DNA of 64,000 nucleotides. Origin: Chrysemys picta bellii. Its lineage: Eukaryota. How positions within the stretch are numbered: position 1 is the first letter of the stretch; each line of letters starts with the position of its first letter. The stretch lies in contig NC_088793.1 in assembly GCF_011386835.1 (NCBI RefSeq), positions 201,066,001-201,130,000 of the forward strand. The letters run 5' to 3'. The notes beneath the pieces were generated by a model. The model was not told where the DNA came from and did not search any database. It was given only the letters and a program-made list of their open reading frames with translations. Below, piece by piece: positions 51,082 to 61,910 of the stretch. The translations under genes were made by a program, and so were the position numbers.

Positions 51082-54000
51082 TAAAGTGCTACAAGGACTC
51101 CTCATTGTTTTTGCTGATACAGACTAACACAGCTACCATTCTGAAACCTGCCACCTAGGAAAGGGATTCTGAGAGCTAGTAAGATAAGTGGGGAGCTGCC
51201 TACATTAGCCAGGGAGTGACATACAGAGGAAAGGGCTGGTCCGAGTTAGGTGCCTAAATATTTTTGAGGATCTGAGCCAAAATCCCTTTCGTGAATTGGG
51301 TATTACAAATATTTGACCCCTTGTTGGGCTATCTGACTGGCATCAGGGTGGTCTCTTAAAGCACATGAAGAGCTCCGGTGCATCAGTTTTTGCATCCTCT
51401 TCTATAAACGTTCACCTGGAATCACAACATTCTTTTTGTAAGTGTTAGACCACAGCGTTCATTCCATATGGTTTTACGTGCCCAGATTCCAGCTGAATTA
51501 AGGTTCCTTTTCTGTGTTGGAGCAATTAATCTTATTTGTTCAATATCAACACCTGGTCAGTGACAGCTTCCCCCACTTCCTGACACAAGTTATTTATTTA
51601 TCGAGGTTATATTGTATTTTGTAGCCAAACCTACCTTTGAAAGCTTGCTACAGCGAAGCCAAATAAATCAATAGTTCGTTCAGCAGCACCAGTAATCTGG
51701 TTAATAAAACAAATTTTTATAAATTTGTCATGGACCTTAAAAGGACTGCCAGAACATTTTAAATCCAAAGTCACTCACTTTTGGGGAGGGGGGAGGGCTG
51801 TTTTCACGTTTTGTGCATCTGTAGCAGGTGGCTGCAACACCCCAGCAGGGTTTAATTCTTCATAAGATGGTAAATATACAATGGTCCCCAAAACAAGCAG
51901 TAAGTCTGCTGCCCAGATGGCAACATCCTGTGTAAGCTGCCAAATTCACTTCTGTAAAACAATTTATAGTCTTTAAGTGAATGACTGTAAATAAGGCAGT
52001 AACCATGAAATGACCTGCCCTTTTCTTTACTATAAAGAAAATAACATTTACGTTTTTTTAATCTACATATCAAACTGTACTACCTTAACTAGCCCTGTAC
52101 TAGCAGTGCTTTCCCCCTAGTGTGAACACCTACACCAGTATTGCTTACTCCCACAAGGCAAACTGGGTGATGACTACCTAGAGGAGTTGAGACCAGAGGA
52201 GGACTCAGGTTTGCTGGGAATGCCTGAGACTGGTGAGGGGGTGTCATCTACAGAATTGCTGGACCAAGAGACTGGGGGAAGTGTTGCCCTGCCCCAGAGG
52301 TAGCCCTGGTTGTGGAGAAAAATTGCTCGCCCTGGAGAGAGAGAAGCCTCCTCCTGGTTATTGAAAAGACTACATCCACCCTATAAACTTACAGGGGAGC
52401 AATGTAGTAGAGTGGCCATCAAATGGTTAACTGGGTTACTGAGAGGATTATGGGTTGGAGCCAGGCTCCACCCTTCCCTTTTTGTCCTGTTTTGTTAGTG
52501 AGAGGTCACCCAGTCTGTGATGCAGTAAGTTCTCAGCCTGCAGCCCTGGGAGTAGACTTCTTTTGTAAAGGGACTGCTTGGTGCAACATAAATAAGGGGA
52601 ATAAGCTGTAACATTATGAAGCCTCTTTATACTGATATAACTGCACCCACACTAGGATTCACTGCTCTAACTGCATAGGTTAAAAATTCATCCTCCCTAA
52701 CAAAGCAGCTATCCTTGTACGAAACCTGTGTACAGCAGGTGGCAGGAAAGTGAAATAAAAGAGAGCAGAGGAGGAAATGCATTTGTAATCCTAAGAAAAA
52801 ACAGGATTATGCTTCACTTTGCATTCAGTGGTTAAGGCCTTGGCTTCTTGACCTGCTAATGACAATAAATACATAAAACTGAAGCATCATCTCTTTAGGA
52901 GAAACGCCTCTTGTATTCACGGTGTCCTTATACAAACCCTCAGGGGCCCCTCCAAAGCCCATTGGAGTAAATGGAAAGACTCCTGATGACTTGAATGGGG
53001 GTTGGATCAGGCTTTTGGGTGGCTGCTACACCCAGCCCAAGCAATGGTTTAGAGCAGAAGGTTAATTGCCAGGTGGGGGACGTGGGGATGAAATTCAGGG
53101 CTGTAATACATCCTTTCTGTGGCTGCTACTGCCGCCCATACTGGTATAGTGGCCTCTGCCACTCCAAACATACTGCATAGCTATCTTTTAGCTCCTGTTC
53201 CAACATAGTCATGCATCTTCAGCCTCCCCCTTCAGCCAGCCATCTAGGCTGCTAGGTAGCTGATCCACCCATAGGCCTCTTGCACATCACCATGGGGTTT
53301 CACTGGAGCAGTAGGTCATAAGCCATACCTTGCTACCTCACTCTGGGGGCTCATCCTGGAAGTCCTAGTGTGTCTATCATGCAAGGATAGACATCCTCAT
53401 GGGGTTTGGCTGCTGACCCAGTGCCAATTGAACGGCAGTCTTTCCCTTGGCTTCAGTCAGGACTGGACCGAGCTCATGAATTGCTGGATCAGGCCCACAA
53501 CATCGACAGCAAAATCTCAAGCGCAGACCGCCATAAACCTGAAACAACTTAAACTAGTGACACAGAAAGAACCCAGGCTGTGGTAGTTCCCCAAGGCTGT
53601 TAATATCTGAATAGCTCTAGTGTTATCTCTTCCCAATGCTCTACCGCCTGCTCTGTTCATACTCTTCCATTTTTCCGCTGAGCGGCTGGGCCTAACCAAC
53701 AGGGTTTCATTTTAATTTCTCAACAGGGTTTTTTTTTTCCCCCCCCCTTTCTTGAAAAATGACTGAAACTAGAAGGATTTTCCAGCTGGAAAATCCAACC
53801 CGTCTGGTTGGATCCAGTCAGAATTTCCAACTAACACCTGTATTTCTATAACGTTTTGGCCATGCTATATGACTGGAAAGAAGTAGGGGGGGATGAGGGG
53901 GGTAACCACTTGAGATTATCTATATCTAGATATATATTAGGGGAGGAAGAAAACACGCACTGTCCTGCCCTGCATTTTCTCTCTGACCTAAGCACCCTTT

Positions 54001-55349
54001 AGCTATTGATGTGCTGAGGGGAAATAACCACATTGAACTAAATAAACTGGACTATGTGGATGACAGTGGGATTCTTACCAAATCCTGTGGTGTACAAGAA
54101 CCATGCTGAGCTCGGTGGCATGAGTCTTGGTTAATGCTGCAACAGGAGTAGTGTGTGACTTCAGCTGTTGGGACTCCAATGTGCCTTGGGGTCAGAATAC
54201 ATCCCTGCTTCCCCCTTAAGGGGGATGTCGTAATTTACTGATGGCCTGTACCAGCAGTGAATCACACCACCTCTTAGATCCATTCAGCAATTCTGATCAG
54301 CAAGTGGGAGGAGAGGGGGAGGAATGGGGAACAAAGGTTCCACCCATTTCTTGCCTATTCCACTTCCTCTTGCCCCCCCACCATACACCTTCCCCAGGAG
54401 GGGAATAGACCTGTTTATTGCTATGCACCTGAATCAAAACTCCCAGTAGGGATGGCTTTGCAATCTATCTAGCCCATGGTGTGCAGGTCGTACACTGCAG
54501 CTAATGTTAATACTCAGATTTTTTTTCTTTAAATTTGGAAGAGAATAGGAAAAAATATGAATTTTCCCACAATACCATCTTCTTGGGCCAATCCAAAATA
54601 GGCACTTACTTGTTCCTCCTTGTGTTAAACTGGAAAGTAGAGAAGGACTTCAGGCTTTATCTTTCAAGGTGCTGCGCATCCTCATTCTCACTGGCTTCCG
54701 TGTATAGCTTTTTCCCCCCTGCTGGGTCCAAATAAAAATGAGGCTAGACTTTAGAGAACAAAAAAGCTTTGTGAAATAATCACAATATAACCCCAAGCAT
54801 TTGGAACTCACTTGGTGTCAGCTTTGGTTATAAACTTTAAACTCTGACCAAGTGCAAGCCCAGCTTTGTTAAATTCACGAGTCTTTCTAGTGAATGTGGA
54901 GCTGGCCTGTGAGGTACTACTTTGAAATCAGGCAAAATCCACTGTCACAAAGAGAAAATTAGCCACTTAATGAAAATGTTCCTAACTAGTGTTATTTACA
55001 ATAGCTTAATTCTAGGGCTGTCAGACAATTAAAACAATTAATCACGATTAATAATAGAATACCATTTATATAAATATTTTGGATGTTTTCCACATTTTCA
55101 AATATATTGATTTCAATTACAACACAGAATACAAAGTGTGTAGTGCTCACTTTATATTTATTTTTTATTATAAATATTTGCACTATAAAAATAAAAGAAA
55201 TAGTGTTTTTTCAATTCACTTAATACAAGTACTGTAGTGCAATCTTTTTATCATGAAAGTTGAACTTACAAATGTAAACTATTGTACAAAAAAACTGCAT
55301 TCAAAAGTTAAACAATATAAAACTTTAGTGCCTACAAGTCCACTCAGTC

Positions 55350-55930
55350 CCACTTCTTGTTAAGCCAATCACTCAGACAAACAAGTTTGTTTATATTTGC
55401 AGGAGACAATGCTGCCCGCTTCTTGTTTACAATGTCACTTGAAAGTGAGAACAGGCATTCGTATGGCACTGTTGTAGCCAGCGTTACAAGATATTTACAT
55501 GACTGCTGCGCTAAAGATTCTTATCTCTCTTCATGCTTCAACCACCATTCCAAAGGATGTGTGTTCATGTGAATGATGGGTTCTGCTCGATAACGTTCCA
55601 GAGCAGACCAACACATGTTCATTTTCTTCATCTGAGTCAGATGCCACCAGCAGAAGGTTGCTTTTCTTTTTTGGTGGTTGGGGTTCTGTAGTTTCCACAT
55701 TGATGTGTTGCTCTTTTAAGACTTCTGAAAGCATGCTCCACACCTCGTCCCCCTCATATTTTGGAAGGCACTTCAGATTCTTAAATCTTGGGGCATGTGC
55801 TGTAGCTATCTTTAGAAATCTCACATTGGTACCTCCTTTGCGTTTTGTCAAATCTGCAGCGAAAGTGTTCTTAAAACGAACGTGTGCTGGGTCATCATCC
55901 AAGACTGCTATAACAAATAATATATGGCAG
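55350..55930 (-). pseudogene. hAT transposase C-terminal remnant including hATC dimerization domain
   Basis: KIATAHAPRFKNLKCL (ATxLDPR motif), followed in a shifted frame by ERYRAEPII...HPLEWWLKH...KYL..LATTVPYECLFSLSSDIVNKKRAALSPANINKLVCL. Confidence 0.8.
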
Positions 55931-56014
55931 AATGCGGGTAAAACAGAGCAGGAGATATACAATTCTCCCCCAAGAAGTTAAGTCACAAATTTAATTAACA
56001 CATTATTATTTTTT

Positions 56015-56240
56015 TAACAAGTGTCATCAGCATGGAAGCATATCCTCTGGAATGGTGGCCAAAGCATAAGGGGCATACAAATGTTTAGCATATCTGGCAA
56101 GTAAAATCCTTGCAATGCCGTCTACAAAAGTACCATGCAAACATCTGTTCTCACTTTCAGGTGACATTGTAAATAAGAAGTGGGCAGCATTATCTCCCGT
56201 AAATGTCAACAAACGTGTTTCTCTTAGTGATTGGCTACAC
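56015..56240 (+). pseudogene. Second hATC dimerization-domain remnant (right arm)
   Basis: SMEAYPLEWWPKHK...CLAYLASKILAMPSTKVPCKHLFSLSGDIVNKKWAALSPVNVNKRVSLSDWL. Confidence 0.8.
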
Positions 56241-56252
56241 AAGAAGTAAGAC

Positions 56253-56379
56253 TAGGGTGACCAGATGTCCTGATTTTATAGGGACAATCCTGGATTTTTG
56301 GGTCTTTTTCTTATATAGGCTCCGATTTACACCCCACCCCCCCATCCCAATTTTTCACACTTGCTGTCTGGTCACCCTA
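56253..56379. mobile_element. hAT-Blackjack-like MITE nested in the fold-back hAT
   Basis: TIRs TAGGGTGACCAGA...TCTGGTCACCCTA. Perfect TSD AGTAAGAC at 56245-56252 and 56380-56387. Confidence 0.93.
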
Positions 56380-57682
56380 AGTAAGACTGAATGGACTTGT
56401 AGGCTCTAACGTTTTACATTGTTTTGTTTTTGCGTGCATTTATGTAACAAAAAAAATCTATATTTGTAAGTTGTGCTTTCATGATAAAGAGATTGCACTA
56501 TGGTACTTGTATGAGGTAAATTGAAAAATACTATTTCTTTTATCATTTTTACAGTGCAAATATTTGTAATAAAAATAATATAAAGTGAGCACTGTACACT
56601 TTTTATTGTGTTGTAATTGAAATCAGTGTATTTGAAAATGTAGAAAACATCTAACATTTAATACATTTCAATTGGTATTCTATTGTTTAACGGTGCAATT
56701 AAAGCTGATTAATCACGATTAATTTTTTGAGTTAATCGTGTGAGTTAACTGCGATTAATCGACAGCCCAACTTAATTCATCAAACAAGCAAAGGTAAATA
56801 AAAACAATGGGCAAAGATTTTGTTAATTACACTCACATAATAAGCCTACAGTGTGTAAAAATACTGTACAGAGGTTGCAAATGGATTGAGGAGCAGTTTC
56901 TCTAATACCCTGCATCTTGTGTTTGGGAAAAGGACTGTCTCTTACTATGTGTCCCCATCTCAACTGGGGCCTTTAGATGCAATAAGAATAATCATACCGG
57001 CTGAGGCAAAGCTGAAAATAATTGTACCTGGATAATGATCAATGAAATAATTAGAAACTGTTCTGTGTTACAAAGAAATCAGTGGGGGTCGAGAGATTAG
57101 CTGCAACGCCAAGACCTAACAAAACCGAAGTAATCTAGAATGAAAATCGTATCTAAATTTGTTATTGCCACGGTTTAAAATGTTTTCTCACTGTTAAACT
57201 TTGGAGTTGGTGGTCGAACTGCATCCTGTTGCTAGCACCTGGATTCAAGCAGAGAAAATCCAATCCCTGGCATCAAAAAGCTAACACACTCATCAAAGTG
57301 CCAGAGACAAATTGAATGGAAAGCCTTCTATGCCAGGGCACTAGAAATTAGGTTAATTGCAACACAGAAATGACGGGGGAAAGGGGAGGCTGAGTATGTT
57401 ATACTTCTGCATAACACTACATACCTTGATAGTATAACAAGAAAGTTAGCCTGAAATGAAAACGCCAGACAAACATACACAAAAAGTGTTTCTAATACAT
57501 CCTGCTTTCCCGGGAGTTAGCCTGACTTTGGGATTAATCTGTGCCCTGGTTTACAGGACTATAGTTGCATACAGAATAAGTAATATGGTAAATGCAATAG
57601 GATGAGTGTAGAGATAACACAGGCCCAGCACACTGGGGTGAGGGTAAATCAAATTCTGTCTTTATTTCCTCTTTACATAGAC

Positions 57683-57993
57683 CAGGGGTAGGCAACCTAT
57701 GGCACGTGTGCCAAAGGCGGCATGCGAGCTGATTTTCAGTGGCACTAACACTGCCCGGGCCCTGACCACCGGTCTGGGGGGCTCTGCATTTTAATTTAAT
57801 TTTAAATGAAGCTTCTTAAACATTTTAAAAACCTTATTTACTTTACATACATCAATAGTTTTAGTTGTATATTATAGACTTATAGAAAGAGACCTTCTAA
57901 AAACGTTAAAATGTATTGCTGGCACGCGAAACCTTAAATTAGAGTGAATAAATGAAGACTTGTACACCACTTCTGAAAGGTTGCAGACCCCTG
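57683..57993. mobile_element. hAT-Charlie-like non-autonomous element
   Basis: CAGGGGTAGGCAACC...GGTTGCAGACCCCTG. TSD ACATAGAC/ATATAGAC (7/8). Confidence 0.88.
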
Positions 57994-58251
57994 ATATAGA
58001 CTCTTACCTCCTTGTTCTATGCCCCCTAGTGGCCACCCTGAATAGTGGCTCTAAATGTTCTCAACTCACGCCCCACAGAGGATGGCACTGACAGAAGTTG
58101 AGATTAGTCTAGTCTTCTATCCATTTGTTTATAGTTCACCTGTAGTACATATTGCATCTTTATTTTCACTCACCAGGGTCAACTTTTCTCAGCCAGTTCC
58201 ATAGTCTAATATCTGGCATGTGCAGCTTGTAAGTACACCACTTCCAATGAA

Positions 58252-58990
58252 TGTATGCAGTGTTGTTGTAGCCATGTTGGTCCCAGGATATTAGAGAGAA
58301 GATAAGTGAGATCATATCTCTCACTGGACCAACTTCTATCTGTGAGTGAGACAAACTTTTGAGCTACATAGAGCTCTTCCTCACTCAGAGTGTCACAGCT
58401 AAATACAAGGTTGAACAGATTGTTTAGTATAAGTAGTTAGCACATATTCTAAGGGACCATTCAAGGTGAAGTGACTTAACACTTCTGCAGTCATAGGGCA
58501 AAAGGGGGGGGGGGATTAGTGGGTTACAGATTGTTGTAATAAGCCACAAATCCAGTGTCTTTATTAAAGCCATGATTTTTAGTGTCGAGCTAAGTTATGA
58601 ATTTAAGCTCCCAGGCTTGACTGTTGAAAGTGTTTTTCACGTTTCCTTTGAGGATGAGGACTGAGAGGTCCGATACAGAGTGATTGCTTTGTGAAAAGTG
58701 TTCACCCACAGGTGATGGGGTGGTTTAGTTTTTTGTTTTTATCATTTTCCAGTGTGAGTTCATTCAGGAGCATTGTGATTGTCTGGTTTCACCCACTAGT
58801 TGTAGTTGGGGCATTTAGTGTGCTGGATGAGGTACACCACATGTCGTGATAGGCATGTAGGACCCATGGATCTTGAAAGGTGTTTTGTCAGGGGTGCTGA
58901 TCATTGTAGTCATGGAGAGATGTTTGTTGAGCTTGCAGGGTCTGGTACCACTTTGAGTTGGTGTGTCCTGGTCTGTGAGAACTTGCCTCT
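58252..58990 (-). mobile_element. Penelope-like element (family B), 5'-truncated, GIY-YIG remnant plus terminal repeat
   Basis: Homologous to 2414-3512. The minus strand encodes HVVYLIQHTKCPNYN...GEHFSQSNHSVSDLSVLILKGN. The hammerhead region (~58340-58385) is degenerate. Confidence 0.85.
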
Positions 58991-60040
58991 AACGCTAAAC
59001 TTGGAGATGTGGGGGGAGTTGTTCAAGCTGATCAAACTGTTTGTAACCAATTTTCAATTGATTTACTGAACACATTTATTTCATTACGAAGTGATGACTT
59101 GCTATTTATATTGTATGGGAACCAATTTCAGTACATGGGTGATTCATCAACTTTTTACCTTGGGTATTTGCTATGCCCAGTCGAAGTTGTGTAAAATGGA
59201 AGAAGGTTGGTAGAAGTACACAGCAGAAAATAGCCGAGAGGCTGCAGACCAGAAAGACCTTAAACGCTTTTGGGATCAATTTAAAACTATTTTTGGTCCC
59301 GTAACTCATGGTAGCGTTCCCATCCATAGTGCAGATGGCAGTATACTATACACAGGCAAGAAAGCATCATCAATCACTGGGCTGAACACTTTAACAGTCT
59401 ACTCAATTGTCCATCTGCAATTTTGGAGGCTGATATTGGCAGTATAACACAATTCCTGATGCACAAAGAACTCACTAAGCTGCCAAGTATTATCGAGATA
59501 GAAGCCTCCATCAAACAGTTGTCACAAGGGAAGGCACCTGGCTTAGATGGAATACTTCCAGAAGTCTATAAGTGTTGTAGTTATCACATCTTTTGAATGT
59601 TCACATGGCTTTTCAACCTCATCTGGGATCAGTATACCATGCCTCAAGACTTCAAGGATCCCTCAGTTGTCCATATATACAAATGCAAAGGTGATCCAGC
59701 AGTCTGCAACAACCATTGGAAAGAAGTGAGGTACCACATCGCTGGGAAGATTTTGGTGCATGTCTTCCTCAATAGACTCTCCACCGTGATCGATAATAGC
59801 ATTTCAGAAAGTCTGTATAGCTTTTGCATGAGATGTGGAACAGCGGACATGATTTCTGCTGCTTGTCAAATACAGGAAATGTGCTGGGAACAAAATCGTG
59901 ATCTCTATATGGTATTTGTAGACCTGAAGAAGATCTTCAAGGCTGTTAGTGGCAAGGATATCTGGCAGATCTTGCAAAAAAGGTTGCGTACTCACATAAT
60001 TTCGTCACCATCAATGTGCTTAATCCATGCTGGCTAGAGT

Positions 60041-60155
60041 TAGGGTGACCAGATAGCAAGTGTGAAAAATTGGGACGGGGTGGGGGATAATAGGCGCCTA
60101 TATAAAACAAAGCCCCAAATATTGGGGACTGTCCCTATAAAATCGGGACACACTA
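60041..60155. mobile_element. hAT-Blackjack-like MITE nested in RTE; right TIR partly deleted
   Basis: Left TIR TAGGGTGACCAGA. Perfect TSD GCTAGAGT at 60033-60040 and 60156-60163. Confidence 0.88.
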
Positions 60156-60193
60156 GCTAGAGTGCTGGAAAATGGTGCTTCAGTAGAGCTATT

Positions 60194-60437
60194 AGAAGAA
60201 CAGGAGTACTTGTGGCACCTTAGAGACTAACAAATTTATTAGAGCATAAGCTTTTGTGGACTATAGCCCACTTCTTCGGATGCATATAGAATGGAACATA
60301 TATATGCATCCGAAGAAGTGGGCTGTAGTCCACGAAAGCTTATGCTCTAATAAATTTGTTAGTCTCTAAGGTGCCACAAGTACTCCTGTTCTTCTTTTTG
60401 CGGATACAGACTAACACGGCTGCTACTCTGAAACCTG
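60194..60437. mobile_element. Short Penelope (family A) insertion: 95-bp inverted repeat plus 42-nt tail
   Basis: Arms 60194-60288 and 60301-60395 have 2 mismatches. 14-bp TSD TCAGTAGAGCTATT at 60180-60193 and 60438-60451. Confidence 0.92.
60306..60345 (+). ncRNA. Minimal type I hammerhead-ribozyme motif (family A Penelope, CCGA core variant)
   Basis: GCAT-CCGAAGA-A-GTGGGC(TGTA)GTCCAC-GAAA-GC-TT-ATGC. Predicted cleavage is after U60341. The mirror copy on the minus strand (60244-60283) has GAAA changed to AAAA. Confidence 0.68.
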
Positions 60438-61714
60438 TCAGTAGAGCTATTCTTTGTCATGAATGGCATTAAGCAGGGCTTTGTGATTGCACCTAAACTG
60501 TTTCCCATTCTCTTTGGTGCTATGTTGCTAGAGACTTTCAAAGACCGCAACCAGTGTATTTACACACATCGCAGTGTCTTTGTGCTCACACTGAAGTGAC
60601 CTCCTTGCTCATTGGGACATTCCTCTTTGCTGACAATGATGGATTTGTAGCACATACCTTGAAGACAGGCAGCATCTAATCAACTGCTTTTCTAGATTGG
60701 CAAACTGATTTGGACTCTTTGTCAGTCTCAAGAAAACTGAAGCGCTTTACCAGGAAAAATGTATTCTGCCCCTGAAATCCCAATTGATGACACACTGCTT
60801 AATGTGGTAGAACATTTTTGCTGTGTTGGGTAACAATGCCATGACTGATGATAAAATTGTGCAGAGCGTTCCTTGATCCAGTTCTGCCTATGGCCGACTT
60901 TGTCGCCACCTCTGTAACGTGAGAAGCATTTGACTTCACGCCAAGATCAATGACTATCATGCAATCATGACTATCCTGCACTCTTCTCTGTGGCTGTGAA
61001 ACATGGGCAATTGAGGCAACATGAGCATTTTCACATGCACTGTATGCATCTCATCTGTAACATCAAGTGGTTGGACAGGATACCAAATATCAAAGTCCTG
61101 GACTGGTGTTGCATGACTAACCATGAATCCCTAATCATGCAGGCACAATTTCATTGGGCGGGTCCTTGTATGTATGGATGATACGCGACTCCCCAAAGCC
61201 ATATTTTATGGACACTTGAAAATGGGAGCACCATATTCCGGTGCCAATGACAGCAATATAGGGATATTCTTGGAACTCAACAAAAAGTCGACCCGAACAC
61301 CTGGGCAGCTGCTGCCGTCGATAGCTCGGGTTGGTGGCTTAACTTTTGGCAGTGGTTACAGCCATCAAGAATAGCAGTACAGAAAAAGCCAAAGAGAAGC
61401 ATGAGTGAAGACAGCAGGCTGTGGCAAAAACCTGTGGCCATGTCTGTCTGAGGTGCAGACGCATCTGTGCATCCCTCATCGGTTTACATTCGCACAAGAC
61501 GACGCACTGAAACAAACTGATGCTCATACGTCGTCTATGATGGGAGACGCCAGCAGGGGTGGGATTTTCGACAGCACTCCGCTTCACCTTTTCTCTGCTC
61601 TGAGTTTTGCCAGTGACTTCACAGGGAGCTGGATTAGGTCGATGCTGAATGCTTTCAGGACGCCCACCATTGCTGTGGTGTGTTAATGACAACATGGTTG
61701 GAGAGGGCGCACGT

Positions 61715-61910
61715 CTCTTGGGTAGCACATTAGACTGGGAGTCAGACATCTGGGTTCTCTGCCAATGACCTGCTGTGTTGACCCGACAAGTCACCTGACT
61801 TCTCTGAGCCTTCATTTTCATATCTGTAAAAATGAGCGTGATACACCCCCCCCCCCCCGCCTTCCTTTGGATAGGGCTTTGAGATCTACAGATAAGTGCT
61901 ATTACAAACA
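61715..61910 (+). mobile_element. CORE-SINE (MIR-like)
   Basis: GACTGGGAGTCAGACATCTGGGTTC...CAAGTCACCTGACTTCTCTGAGCCTTCATTTTCATATCTGTAAAAATG. Confidence 0.75.

Larger units (their letters stand above)
50338..51149. mobile_element. Penelope-like element (family A): inverted segment with GIY-YIG C-terminus plus terminal repeat and tail; interrupted by a MITE
   Basis: The minus ORF at 50676-50858 ends LIYKLDIIKLGLNKDWEWMGHYK (PLE C-terminus). 13-bp TSD GCCACCTAGGAAA at 50325-50337 and 51150-51162. The terminus CTGAAACCTG is shared with 60428-60437. Confidence 0.88.
55013..56770. mobile_element. hAT non-autonomous fold-back element composed of two inverted transposon 3' ends
   Basis: TIRs TAGGGCTGTC/GACAGCCCAA and a perfect TSD CTTAATTC (55005-55012, 56771-56778). 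An hATC-like domain is encoded on both arms in opposite directions. Confidence 0.9.
59195..61550 (+). mobile_element. RTE (BovB/RTE-1-like) LINE, ~2 kb of decayed ORF2, with two nested insertions
   Basis: KQLSQGKAPGLDGILPEVYK, IAGKILVHVFLNRL, LYMVFVDLKKIF, NGIKQGFVIAPKLF after removing the insertions, DDTRLPKAIFYG, and a C-terminal CLRC-x12-H-KTT-H with stop at 61508-61510. Confidence 0.92.

Noticed and set aside
52158-52299. Acidic open frame KLGDDYLEELRPEEDSG... between AG and GT
   Set aside because: The donor is weak (GTAGCC), I recognise no homology, and it may be an old LTR-element interior.
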